Origin: Candidatus Saccharimonadota bacterium
Lineage (GTDB): Bacteria > Patescibacteriota > Saccharimonadia > Saccharimonadales > AQU-01
Direction of reading: 5' to 3'
Length of the DNA: 64,000 nt
Assembly (NCBI GenBank): GCA_037137935.1
Contig: JBAXJI010000002.1
Coordinates: forward strand, 12,218-76,217
Both the position numbers and the translations under genes were made by a program. Numbering within the stretch: the first letter of the stretch is position 1; every line of letters begins with the position of its first letter. Positions 1 to 8,900 of the stretch are shown piece after piece. The notes below the pieces were generated by a model. That model searched no databases. It was not told the origin of the DNA and saw nothing but the letters and a program-made list of their open reading frames with translations.

Positions 1-415
1 TGATCGTATATTCTAGCGTGTAAGTTGCTTGCTTTGAGCTGACGTCATAAAAATAGTTGTAGTCGTATCCACTAGAATTTGTCTTTATGTCTTTATCGGC
101 AACTCCCAGACTCTTAATTTTGTCTGTTATCTCTTTGCTTTTTTTAGTTAGATCAGCAAGAGCTATGGCTTTGTCGCTGTTCTTAAATGTATAGTTGGGC
201 GTAAAAGAGTATTCGTCTGGTGCTGCAGTAACTGATGCCTCGCCAGTAACAGAAACTGTTCGGTCGTTATTAGTTTTTGGAGACCATGGTCTCCATACAA
301 AGACTATTGCAATAATGGTAAGCAAAAGAACAAGACTGATTATTCGATAGTCGATGATAAGTTTTGTTTTGTTCTTTAGTGGCTCTGATTGATTAGGGCT
401 CGTGAGATCGTTCAT
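1..415 (-). CDS. SIMPL/DUF541-like membrane-anchored protein, 5' part only (gene runs off the window start)
   Basis: Absent from the ORF track because it is truncated. The reverse-strand ATG (415-413) translates MNDLTSPNQSEPLKNKTKLIIDYRIISLVLLLTIIAIVFVW (a TM anchor), then RTVSVTGEASVTAAPDEYSFTPNYTFK. The V-x-G-x-A-x-x-x-PD pattern is typical of SIMPL/DUF541. Confidence 0.55.
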   Translation of the reverse strand, partial: MNDLTSPNQSEPLKNKTKLIIDYRIISLVLLLTIIAIVFVWRPWSPKTNNDRTVSVTGEASVTAAPDEYSFTPNYTFKNSDKAIALADLTKKSKEITDKIKSLGVADKDIKTNSSGYDYNYFYDVSSKQATYTLEYTI

Positions 416-500
416 ATTTTTTTATCTCCTGATTAATTCCGATAAGCATAAGTATAATGTTTATTCTATTATTTTTAAAGCTGATAAGCCTGAATCGCAG

Positions 501-523
501 TTGAGTTTTTAGCAAAAACTCAA
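501..523. promoter_or_regulatory. Perfect 23-bp palindrome in a divergent intergenic region (candidate operator)
   Basis: TTGAGTTTTT-agc-AAAAACTCAA forms 10-bp arms with a 3-nt centre. It lies between the minus-strand start at 415 and the plus-strand start at 595. Confidence 0.4.
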
Positions 524-594
524 ATCTGTATTGCAATTGAATTTTACTAACCATAGACTAAAGGTAGTATAACGTAATCAAAATTAGGATATAT

Positions 595-924
595 ATGGAC
601 GATCAAACAAATACGCCGGTAGATATAAGTAGCGCAGAACCTGCTCCAATAGTGATCGATCAATCATCCGCTACAGACGCGCCGTTTCCAGTTCTTCCAT
701 CGCTAAATCAAAATGACGAAATAATGCCCAACGAAGCCGACTTGCCTCCATTGCCAAGCTTTGACGTTGCTACCCCAAGTTACTTGCCAAATGACAGCAC
801 CTCAAGCTTTCCTGCCAACGGAGGCCCTGTTGTTGGAGTAGAGCACGATTCAAATTCTGATGCTGTAGGCGCAGTTGAACCTGAATCAACGGGAGCGGCG
901 ACGACTATTCCGACGTCTCTGTAG
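595..924 (+). CDS. Hypothetical acidic Pro/Ser/Asp-rich low-complexity protein
   Basis: 109-aa ORF with no recognisable domain and no signal peptide. An antisense ORF overlaps it, so coding status is uncertain. Confidence 0.35.
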   Translation: MDDQTNTPVDISSAEPAPIVIDQSSATDAPFPVLPSLNQNDEIMPNEADLPPLPSFDVATPSYLPNDSTSSFPANGGPVVGVEHDSNSDAVGAVEPESTGAATTIPTSL

Positions 925-930
925 CCAAAA

Positions 931-1191
931 ATGCTTAACAAGATTTTTCGTGACAAACAGGGAAAGATAGTGATTATCCAATTCCCAAACATACCTCTAG
1001 CTGTCTGGATAGTTGGTCTATTGCTAGTTAAAGTTTTGCCTTCAGGAGGCTTTTCTGAATTCTGCAGGCATATATCCACGCTCGGTTTAGTTGTTTGGGG
1101 GATTATAGAAATTCTGTATGGCGTTAATTATTTTCGTAGACTACTAGGTGCAGCAATTATCATTTCTACTGTCTATGGATTGACTAGATAA
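931..1191 (+). CDS. Small hypothetical membrane protein
   Basis: 86 aa with two to three hydrophobic segments (IPLAVWIVGLLLVKVL, LGLVVWGIIEILYGV, LLGAAIIISTVYGL). It starts 7 nt after the preceding ORF. Confidence 0.4.
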   Translation: MLNKIFRDKQGKIVIIQFPNIPLAVWIVGLLLVKVLPSGGFSEFCRHISTLGLVVWGIIEILYGVNYFRRLLGAAIIISTVYGLTR

Positions 1192-1270
1192 TACTGTTCA
1201 TTGTGATAAGGCCATAGTCAGCACTATTAAAGCTGGATTAAAATATAGGTGTAAGTGAGATACTTCCAAC

Positions 1271-1293
1271 GAGTCCCGACGAGTTCGGGACTC
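1271..1293. terminator. GC-rich hairpin between convergent genes
   Basis: GAGTCCCGA (1271-1279) pairs with TCGGGACTC (1285-1293) around a 5-nt loop. It sits exactly between the 931..1191 (+) and 1294..1719 (-) ORFs, and the T-tract is weak. Confidence 0.4.
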
Positions 1294-1719
1294 TTATGTT
1301 GAAGAAGCGCAATCTTGACAGAGTCCCCGGATTTCTAGCTGATGATCTGTCATGGCTAGTCCTTGGCTTTTGGCGAGTAATAATATGCCAGCTTCAAGTT
1401 GAGAATCGTCTTGTAGGGTTATGACTAGTCCGCATTTCATACAGCTAAAGTGGTGGTGATGGTGTGTGAAGGCGTCGCTTAGTTCTATCTTATATTTCCA
1501 ACCTAAGGCTAGTCGCTGTGTAATGCCAAGACTTTCGAATAGTCCCACAGTACGATAGACGCTAGCGCGGTCAACAGACCCACTTAATATATTTATTAAC
1601 TCGTTCATGGTTTGTGGTTCGTGGCTACTAAGTACTTCAAATACTAATTTTCGTGGTTTGGTAAGGCTTTGGCCTCCACTTTTTAACACTTCTGACAATT
1701 TTTTGAGTTCAGGATTCAT
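1294..1719 (-). CDS. Fur-family metalloregulator (Zur-like by context)
   Basis: It has an N-terminal winged-helix region (RKLVFEVLSSHEPQTMNELI, ASVYRTVGLFESLGI). It also has the His-rich and Cys motifs HHHHHFSCMKCG and CQDC typical of Fur/Zur/PerR. It is divergent from a ZIP transporter gene. Confidence 0.8.
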   Translation of the reverse strand: MNPELKKLSEVLKSGGQSLTKPRKLVFEVLSSHEPQTMNELINILSGSVDRASVYRTVGLFESLGITQRLALGWKYKIELSDAFTHHHHHFSCMKCGLVITLQDDSQLEAGILLLAKSQGLAMTDHQLEIRGLCQDCASST

Positions 1720-1720
1720 A

Positions 1721-1755
1721 TCGCAACAATAGCATTATTGCGACATAATTGCAAT
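1721..1755. promoter_or_regulatory. Overlapping inverted repeats in the Fur-family/ZIP divergent intergenic region (candidate operator)
   Basis: TCGCAA(1721-1726)-N11-TTGCGA(1738-1743) overlaps ATTGC(1737-1741)-N9-GCAAT(1751-1755). The 8-nt palindrome ATTGCAAT lies at 1748-1755. Confidence 0.45.
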
Positions 1756-1800
1756 AAGTGACGTCATTTGACATAATCAGTAAATAAATAAAGGATTTAC

Positions 1801-2526
1801 ATGCAAGTTATTATATTTTCTATCGCTGCCTTCTTGTCTACTGTTTTTGGTGGGCTAGTAGCTTTAAGATACCGTGATCGTCTACACCGCGTACTTGGAT
1901 ACGCCGCAGGCGTAATACTCGGTGTCGTAACGTTTGACGTTTTGCCCGAAATTTTTAAAACAGTTCAAGAGCATAACCTAGACTCAACAGGGCCTATGGT
2001 TGCCTTAGTGGCTGGTTTTTTGCTTTTTCATATTATCGAAAAAAGTATTTTGCTGCATCAAGAAGGCGAGGAACACTACGGCTCTCATCATCACCCAATG
2101 GTCGGATCTGTTTCGGCCGCCGCTTTGTCTATCCATAGTTTTTTGGATGGCGTTGGCATTGGGCTTGGGTTTCAGATTAGTCCAAAAGTAGGTATTGCCG
2201 TAGCTATTGCCGTGATAGCCCACGATTTTTCTGATGGACTAAATACTGTAAGCCTGATGCTTATAAGCAAGAATAGTCGTAAACGAACTTTGAAGTTTTT
2301 ATTTGTTGACGCCATGGCTCCTGTGCTTGGCGCCCTATCGACATTATTGTTTAGTCTTTCTGCTACAGCATTAGTAGTTTACTTAGGTTTTTTTGCAGGC
2401 TTTTTGCTATATATAAGTTCCAGCGAAATTTTACCAGAAGCACACCGTGAAAAATCTTCTTATGGAACAATAGGCCTAACATTGGCTGGTGTAGTTTTTA
2501 TGTTTGTAGTGACTCGTTTTATATAA
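1801..2526 (+). CDS. ZIP-family divalent metal (zinc) transporter
   Basis: Polytopic 241-aa protein with a His-rich loop (EEHYGSHHHP). It carries the ZIP signature helices HSFLDGVGIG and HDFSDGL. Confidence 0.8.
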   Translation: MQVIIFSIAAFLSTVFGGLVALRYRDRLHRVLGYAAGVILGVVTFDVLPEIFKTVQEHNLDSTGPMVALVAGFLLFHIIEKSILLHQEGEEHYGSHHHPMVGSVSAAALSIHSFLDGVGIGLGFQISPKVGIAVAIAVIAHDFSDGLNTVSLMLISKNSRKRTLKFLFVDAMAPVLGALSTLLFSLSATALVVYLGFFAGFLLYISSSEILPEAHREKSSYGTIGLTLAGVVFMFVVTRFI

Positions 2527-2589
2527 TAAGCATTAACTATTTGTTGATACAATTTAGCGACAAAAGTAAAAGTCCTATATAATAGTGAT

Positions 2590-3645
2590 ATGAATTCAGT
2601 GGTGGTGTTACTAATTATATTTATCGCAGGACTAGTCTATATGCTGGTCAAAAAACAGGCGCCTTCACAAAATGACGGTGTGAGTGCATTGCTAAAACAA
2701 GATCTAACAGAAATCAGTCGAGGCATGAACGAGCTCAAAGAGTCTTTAGGCAGCAAGATAGACAGTCGATTAGAAAAAAGCCAGGCTAGTATGGGGCAAC
2801 AGCTAGAGTCTAGCGCTAAACTTATCAAGGAAGTCACGGAACGACTCACGAGACTAGACGAGACAAATAAGAGAGTTGTTGATGTGGCTGACGAGCTAAA
2901 GCAGTTACAAAATGTTTTGCAGAACCCAAAACAACGTGGTGTCTTGGGCGAGTTTTACTTAGAGCAAATACTTCAGAATTTATTGCCGCCAGGATCATAT
3001 GAGCTTCAATACAAATTAGCAGACGGTTTTATCGTTGACGCCGTAATTATGTTAGATGGCAAAATGCTGCCGATAGACAGCAAGTTTAGTTTAGAGAACT
3101 ATAACCGTTTGATAGATGCAAAAGGCGCAGAACGTAAATTATTGGAACGAGCCTTTAAAGACGACCTCAAAAAGCGCATCGACGAAACAGCCAAGTACAT
3201 TCAACCAAAGCACGGCACACTCGAGCAAGCATTTATGTTTATACCAAGTGAGGCGATTTACTACGATCTGCTAGCAAATCAGATCGGTGCGGCTGGCGTT
3301 AACGGACGTGACTTATTGCAATATGCAGTACGTGACAAAAAAGTGACAATTGTTGGTCCGAGCACATTGTCCGTCATGCTACTTACTATCGTAGAGGGTA
3401 TGCGTAGTCATCAAATCCAAAAAGATTTTGAAGTCATTAGAAAGAATATAGAACAGCTGTCTACGCATTTAATTGTTTATGATGGACACTTTAAAAAAGT
3501 AGGTAATTCGTTGGGCGCTACTGTTGGACATTATAATAGTGCGTCCAAAGAGCTGGCTAGAATTGACAAAGACATAGTAAAAATCGCTGGTACCGATGGA
3601 GCAATCGAACCGCTATTGCTTGACAGACCACAGTTGGATGATTAA
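2590..3645 (+). CDS. rmuC: DNA recombination protein RmuC
   Basis: N-terminal TM and a long coiled coil, then the RmuC core (QRGVLGEFYLEQIL, DAVIMLDGKMLPIDSKFSLENY, FMFIPSEAIYYDL). Confidence 0.8.
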   Translation: MNSVVVLLIIFIAGLVYMLVKKQAPSQNDGVSALLKQDLTEISRGMNELKESLGSKIDSRLEKSQASMGQQLESSAKLIKEVTERLTRLDETNKRVVDVADELKQLQNVLQNPKQRGVLGEFYLEQILQNLLPPGSYELQYKLADGFIVDAVIMLDGKMLPIDSKFSLENYNRLIDAKGAERKLLERAFKDDLKKRIDETAKYIQPKHGTLEQAFMFIPSEAIYYDLLANQIGAAGVNGRDLLQYAVRDKKVTIVGPSTLSVMLLTIVEGMRSHQIQKDFEVIRKNIEQLSTHLIVYDGHFKKVGNSLGATVGHYNSASKELARIDKDIVKIAGTDGAIEPLLLDRPQLDD

Positions 3646-3654
3646 TATAATTTA

Positions 3655-3855
3655 ATGCCAGAAAAAGACTTATTTTATGTAGAAGGCGGTGAATGGTTGG
3701 GTGTTGAAGCATGGCAGCTACAGGGCAGCATGGGGCTGCAGCATTTTAAACAGTTGACCGAAAAGAATGGATACAGCGAACAGGACGCTCTGAGAGAGAT
3801 CAAGGGTGGACTTATTCGAGCGTTTGTTGAGATTAATTACATTGCCGAGGATTGA
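3655..3855 (+). CDS. Hypothetical small protein
   Basis: 66-aa ORF in an operon-like position with no recognisable motif. Confidence 0.3.
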   Translation: MPEKDLFYVEGGEWLGVEAWQLQGSMGLQHFKQLTEKNGYSEQDALREIKGGLIRAFVEINYIAED

Positions 3856-3890
3856 TAGAATTATCTCGCTTCAGGCTATACTTAAACGGT

Positions 3891-4487
3891 ATGGTTAAAT
3901 TATCAAAAAATCAATTACGCAAAATATCTAAATCTTGGTTTTTCCGCTTTATTGTAATATTCGTGGCGGTCGGCATCTTGGCATACATCTGGCAAAACTT
4001 TAGCCAATCACCGGTTAATGGTGTGATCAGTAGCAGCAGTCAAGTTTCTCAATCTAATATTAAGCCGAAAACTGTCGGGTTAACCAATTATACTGACAAG
4101 CTTTTGTCCTTCAATTATCCAGATAATTATAATGAGGCCAAATCTAATACCGTTGTCGGTAACACCGTCGAGCAGTTTGGTTTTGACGCTGTTATTGGAA
4201 TAGCAAATACTAGGCGTTTGGCCGTATCGGTCAAGACTGATCCTGCAAATATGAAGGATGATTCAGCTTACACTTTTCGACGTCTTGAATCTTCTGGTTA
4301 TTCTAGCGAATCGTTAACTATCAATGATATTAAAATAGAAAAACTAACAAAAAAATCTGGCGGGGAAATTGCATATTTTCTGCCTGGCGATAAATATTAT
4401 GCAATTATCGTGATTAGCTCGACTCGCCTACAAGATGATTTTGACTCTGATGCACAAGTCGTATTGAAATCATTATATTGGTTGTAG
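3891..4487 (+). CDS. Hypothetical N-terminally membrane-anchored protein
   Basis: The track ORF begins at a TTG (3852). I prefer ATG 3891 (MVKLSKNQLRKISKSWFFRFIVIFVAVGILAYIW), which gives a basic stretch plus a TM anchor and then an extracytoplasmic domain. Confidence 0.4.
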   Translation: MVKLSKNQLRKISKSWFFRFIVIFVAVGILAYIWQNFSQSPVNGVISSSSQVSQSNIKPKTVGLTNYTDKLLSFNYPDNYNEAKSNTVVGNTVEQFGFDAVIGIANTRRLAVSVKTDPANMKDDSAYTFRRLESSGYSSESLTINDIKIEKLTKKSGGEIAYFLPGDKYYAIIVISSTRLQDDFDSDAQVVLKSLYWL

Positions 4488-4521
4488 TTATTACAGAATT
4501 GGCTTAGGTTATAATAAGTAT

Positions 4522-5595
4522 ATGTTTAAAAACGAGACGCAAATATTTGGACTACTGGCTAGCTTGTTAATGTTTTTTGCTGCCGCTCCAGCCAGTACTA
4601 GCTACAAACTAGAATCATATGGGGTAGGCTCTGGTGGTGCCTCGAGTAGTTCGACGACTTATAGAGCTACCACGATAACAGGCGAGCAGGGGTCATCAAG
4701 TAGCTCCACGAGTACCACTTACACAAGTCGTAGCGGATTAATTACTACTCAGCTAGCAAATGTACCGGCAGCGCCAACTGTCACCAATCCATCTAGTTAT
4801 TACAATAAACTTCATATTGTAATAAATAATGGCGGTAATCCAACGGACGCAACATTTGCCATAGCCATTAGTAATAATAATTTTTCTCCTACTACAAATT
4901 ATGTAAAAAGCGACACAACAGTAACATCTACTCTAAATACTACAGACTGGCAGACATACTCTACTTGGGGTGGATCTGGTGGTGTTGATGTTATTGGACT
5001 AGAACCAAACACTACCTATACTGTTAAAGTTAAGGCCGAGCACGGCGACTTTACCGAGTCGGCATATAGCGCCACAGCCTCTGCCGCTACAGCTAATCCT
5101 AGCTTAACTTTTGACATTGATGTGTCGGCTTCAGATAGTGAGACAAGCCCACCATATACCTTGAATTTCGGAGACCTGCTACCAAATACAGTCACCGATG
5201 GCCCTCAGAAAATATGGATAGACTTTGACACAAACGCTACAAGTGGTGGCACGGTATTCATATCATCTTTAAATGGTGGGTTACGAAGCGCTTTAGCCTC
5301 ACACACTATAAGTTCTACGACTGGTGATCTTTCGTCACTCAGTGAAGGTTTTGGTGCTCAGAATCAATCTGCTTCTCAAACAAGTGGTGGTCCTTTTGTG
5401 GCTCAGTCGCCGTACACTAGCGCATCACAAAATATTGGCATAACGGACACATCATTAAGGCAATTTTATCTATCAAGTGCGCCAATTGTTGCAGGCCGAG
5501 GCTCTCTGTTATTAAAGGCTCGTGCCACAACCGATACTCCGTCCGCTGCAGACTATCAAGATAGTCTGACTTTTATTGCTTCTGCAAGCTTTTAG
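4522..5595 (+). CDS. Secreted S/T-rich surface protein: FN3-like domain plus WxL-like C-terminal module
   Basis: Signal peptide (IFGLLASLLMFFAAAPAST). An FN3-like segment follows (PAAPTVTNPSSYYNKLHIVIN ... LEPNTTYTVKVKAEHGDFTES). The C-terminal beta-rich module ends AADYQDSLTFIASASF and is shared with the next ORF. Confidence 0.5.
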   Translation: MFKNETQIFGLLASLLMFFAAAPASTSYKLESYGVGSGGASSSSTTYRATTITGEQGSSSSSTSTTYTSRSGLITTQLANVPAAPTVTNPSSYYNKLHIVINNGGNPTDATFAIAISNNNFSPTTNYVKSDTTVTSTLNTTDWQTYSTWGGSGGVDVIGLEPNTTYTVKVKAEHGDFTESAYSATASAATANPSLTFDIDVSASDSETSPPYTLNFGDLLPNTVTDGPQKIWIDFDTNATSGGTVFISSLNGGLRSALASHTISSTTGDLSSLSEGFGAQNQSASQTSGGPFVAQSPYTSASQNIGITDTSLRQFYLSSAPIVAGRGSLLLKARATTDTPSAADYQDSLTFIASASF

Positions 5596-5650
5596 TCGTT
5601 GACACATAGCCGCTAAATAAGGTAAGCTTAAGCTAATTACTTCTAAAAAG

Positions 5651-6709
5651 ATGAGCAGGAAAACTGAACAAGTGGTTGTAGATATAAAAAATAGATCCAA
5701 GAGCCTAATTGCAGCAGTATTAATGATAGCCGCAACAGTTTTAGGGACACTTTCTACTGCGCATGCCGCAACGCTAACCAGCACCTATATTCGTCTAGAC
5801 CGCATGAAGGCCGCTCAGACGACATCATTCCGTCTAGTATTCCGCACGGTTAGTGCCGGTGCAACATCTGTAGCGATTAACTTTAACGGAGCTGACGCTA
5901 CTACTTGGACAGCATCTTCTGGATTAGTAAATGCAACTCAAACCGTTTCTTCTGTTACTTGCGCCACAGAAACTGGCTTTACTGGATTGCCTGGCAGTAT
6001 TACGGCCTCTGGTTCGAGCGCTACTGTAACTATTAGTGCCGTTACCGCGTTAAGCGCTACTACAACTTATTGCGTTGACCTCACATCTGCTACTGCAGTA
6101 ACTACTGCTACAGCTGGTGAGTATCATCCGACAATTACTGTTGGTAGCGATTCAACCACAACTAGCGTACGCACCATCTCAAATGACCAGGTTGTTGTAA
6201 GCGCTGTTGTACCTCCTAGCTTTAACTTTGTTTTAGACGGCAACACGACATCTTTTACGGCAAATTTGGACTCAACTGCCGTACGCTCAACAACTGGAAG
6301 AACAATTACTATCACGACAAATGCAGCCAACGGCTGGGTTGCCTGGATCAAAGACCTAAACCAAGGCTTGCAGTCAGCCGTAGCAAGCAAGACAATCGCA
6401 ACTACCGGTACAATAAATGCCACTCCTAATACACTGTCTGCCGGCACCGAAGGCTATGTATTGGATGCAGATTTAACGACAGATGCGGCATCTGGTGGAA
6501 CTGTCAGTATATCTGCAGAATATAACGGTGGCGCTAACGCCGGCGGTACGCTTTCTAGCAGCTTCCAGCCGTTTGCGACATCAACAGGCACAGCAGGCGG
6601 AAGTGGCGATGTCATTACTCTAGTTGGCAAAGCAGCAATCGCTGGCGATACTCCAGCTGCCGGTGACTATACAGATACCTGGACTATCATTGGTGCTGGT
6701 ACATTTTAA
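5651..6709 (+). CDS. Secreted T/A/S-rich surface protein with WxL-like C-terminal module
   Basis: Long basic n-region signal peptide (KNRSKSLIAAVLMIAATVLGTLSTAHA). The C-terminal module has NAANGWVAWIKDLNQGLQS and a terminal AGDYTDTWTIIGAGTF, resembling the two W-containing motifs of WxL domains. Confidence 0.5.
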   Translation: MSRKTEQVVVDIKNRSKSLIAAVLMIAATVLGTLSTAHAATLTSTYIRLDRMKAAQTTSFRLVFRTVSAGATSVAINFNGADATTWTASSGLVNATQTVSSVTCATETGFTGLPGSITASGSSATVTISAVTALSATTTYCVDLTSATAVTTATAGEYHPTITVGSDSTTTSVRTISNDQVVVSAVVPPSFNFVLDGNTTSFTANLDSTAVRSTTGRTITITTNAANGWVAWIKDLNQGLQSAVASKTIATTGTINATPNTLSAGTEGYVLDADLTTDAASGGTVSISAEYNGGANAGGTLSSSFQPFATSTGTAGGSGDVITLVGKAAIAGDTPAAGDYTDTWTIIGAGTF

Positions 6710-6819
6710 GAACTTCAAGATTTTATAACAACAATTTAACAACGCTAAAACGTATCTATTTAGGGTCTATTTGACGCGTTAGGCTGTATAATTACTATTC
6801 GAATAAGAGGGAAAAACCG

Positions 6820-7860
6820 ATGAAGTATAAGCTAGGTTTGTTGGCAGTAATCCTATGGTCTATCTTTGCGCCTACAGCTGCACTAGCTTTGACGGCAGTC
6901 GACTCTGGCGACCTTCGTCTTACGATTTCACCGCTCCCGGTTAGCCTATCAGGTAAACCAGGACAAAAGATAGTGGCAAAACTCTCTGTCAAAAATAGTG
7001 GCACAAAAACCGAAAACTTAAAAGTTGATCTGTTGAAGTTCTCTGCTTATGGCGAAGAAGGCAAGCCACTTTTGAGTGATCGCTCCAGTGGTGATAATTA
7101 TTTTGATTGGGTTAGTTTTTCGCAGAATAGATTCTTGGCAGAGCCAGATGTCTGGCATGACATTAATATGACAATTACTTTACCCAAAGAGGCCGCACTA
7201 GGATATTATTACGCTGTAACTTTTTCGCGCTTGAATCCTCCGGCATCAACCAAATCAAACAAACTACAGGGCGGTACGGCCATCTTGGTTTTGGTGGATG
7301 CGCTGGCACCAACGGCCAAAAAAGAAATCAAAATTGACGAATTTACTTCCTCGCACCGAATATACGAATTCCTGCCAACCAACTTTAATATAAAAGTACA
7401 CAACACCGGCAATATACATCTAGCCTCTAGCGGTAACATATTTATCAAAAGAGGTAGCAAAGTAATTGGTAATCTAGAGGTTAACCAAGAGGCTGGTAAT
7501 ATCTTGCCCGGAACAAAACGAATATTTAACGCCCAGTGGGCAGATGGATTTCCTGTCTATGTGCCGAAGACCGAGAATGGCGCCACAGTCCTTAAAGATG
7601 GCAAGACTGTAAATAAATTGCAGTGGGATATATCAAAACTAGGTCGTCTGCGGTTTGGTTATTACACCGCCAACTTAGTTATGACTTATGACGACGGCAA
7701 GCATGATGTACCTCTTGAAGCTGTAGTTGGATTTTGGGTAATACCATGGCGTTTGATTGCAGCAGTATTCGTGCCTTTGAGCGGCGTAGCATTTTTGATC
7801 TACAAATATATAAGACTTAAGGCTCGAATGAAGAAGTTACAGTCCAAGGAGCCAAAATGA
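6820..7860 (+). CDS. Membrane-anchored two-domain surface protein (WxL-interacting-protein / DUF916-DUF3324-like architecture), paralog 1
   Basis: Architecture is signal peptide, two Ig-like segments (PLPVSLSGKPGQKIVAKLSVKNSG and NFNIKVHNTGNIHL), a C-terminal TM (LIAAVFVPLSGVAFLIY) and a short basic tail. An SD-like AGAGGGA lies upstream. Confidence 0.5.
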   Translation: MKYKLGLLAVILWSIFAPTAALALTAVDSGDLRLTISPLPVSLSGKPGQKIVAKLSVKNSGTKTENLKVDLLKFSAYGEEGKPLLSDRSSGDNYFDWVSFSQNRFLAEPDVWHDINMTITLPKEAALGYYYAVTFSRLNPPASTKSNKLQGGTAILVLVDALAPTAKKEIKIDEFTSSHRIYEFLPTNFNIKVHNTGNIHLASSGNIFIKRGSKVIGNLEVNQEAGNILPGTKRIFNAQWADGFPVYVPKTENGATVLKDGKTVNKLQWDISKLGRLRFGYYTANLVMTYDDGKHDVPLEAVVGFWVIPWRLIAAVFVPLSGVAFLIYKYIRLKARMKKLQSKEPK

Positions 7861-8900
7861 GAAAACTAACTTGGCTGCTTCTAGCAGTAGTTACTTTTGG
7901 ACTTTTTAGCCCTGCATATGTTTTGGCTGCCGATAATGACGCGCTAAACATCACAACATCGCCATTACCAATTAATATCTTTGCCAAACCTGGGGAAGTC
8001 GTAAAAACTCAGTTACGAGTCAAAAATAGTGGCACAAATACAGAATTTATTAAGGTTGGGCTTATGAAGTTTTCTGCTTTTGGTGATGACGGTAAACCGC
8101 GATTAGCAGACAAAGCAGTTGGTGACGATTATTTTGATTGGGTTAGCTTCTCGGAAGTTAAGTTTAAGGCCGACCCAAACGTCTGGAAGGATATAACGAT
8201 GACAATAGCAGTGCCTAAATCTGCTGCTTTCGGCTATTATTATGCTGTTACATTTGCCCGGGCTAATCCTCAATTGGCCAATACTGACAAATCGGCCGTA
8301 CTGCTAGGAGGTACTGCAACATTAGTTCTTCTTGATGTGAAGTCGCCTAACGCTCACCGCGAACTAGAACTTACTGATTTTCAGGTATCCAAGAAAAGTT
8401 ACGAATTTTTACCAGCAAAGTTCACTATTAAACTTAAGAATGTTGGTAATGTGCATGTTATTCCGACGGGTTCAATATATATAACACAAGGCTCAAAACA
8501 GGTAGAGGTCATCCCAGTTAATCCAACTAAGGGTAATATTCTGCCAGATAGTGGACGATTTTATACGGCTGACTGGAAGACGGGCTTTCCTGTCTACGAA
8601 CCAAAAGTACTGAACGGAGCCACTGTTCAGAAGAACGGGCAGACTGATTACCAGCTAAGCTGGAAGTTTAATAATCTTACAAACCTGCGCTTTGGGCGGT
8701 ATAGTGCGCACCTTACTATGGTTTATGATGACGGCAAGCATGATGTACCGCTTGACGCCAATGTTTCGTTTTGGGTTATCCCTTGGCGATTGATTGGCAT
8801 TTTTATAGGTATACCATTAGCCATGATTGGCACTATAATATATCTAGTCGTAAGTCGTCGTCATTACAAAAAGAGGAGTAAGAGTGCGCCAACATCATAG
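7857..8900 (+). CDS. Membrane-anchored two-domain surface protein, tandem paralog 2
   Basis: Colinear with 6820..7860. Long identical runs include DYFDWVSFS, GYYYAVTF, GFPVY, YDDGKHDVPL and FWVIPWRLI. Its ATGA start overlaps the upstream stop. Confidence 0.5.
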   Translation: MRKLTWLLLAVVTFGLFSPAYVLAADNDALNITTSPLPINIFAKPGEVVKTQLRVKNSGTNTEFIKVGLMKFSAFGDDGKPRLADKAVGDDYFDWVSFSEVKFKADPNVWKDITMTIAVPKSAAFGYYYAVTFARANPQLANTDKSAVLLGGTATLVLLDVKSPNAHRELELTDFQVSKKSYEFLPAKFTIKLKNVGNVHVIPTGSIYITQGSKQVEVIPVNPTKGNILPDSGRFYTADWKTGFPVYEPKVLNGATVQKNGQTDYQLSWKFNNLTNLRFGRYSAHLTMVYDDGKHDVPLDANVSFWVIPWRLIGIFIGIPLAMIGTIIYLVVSRRHYKKRSKSAPTS

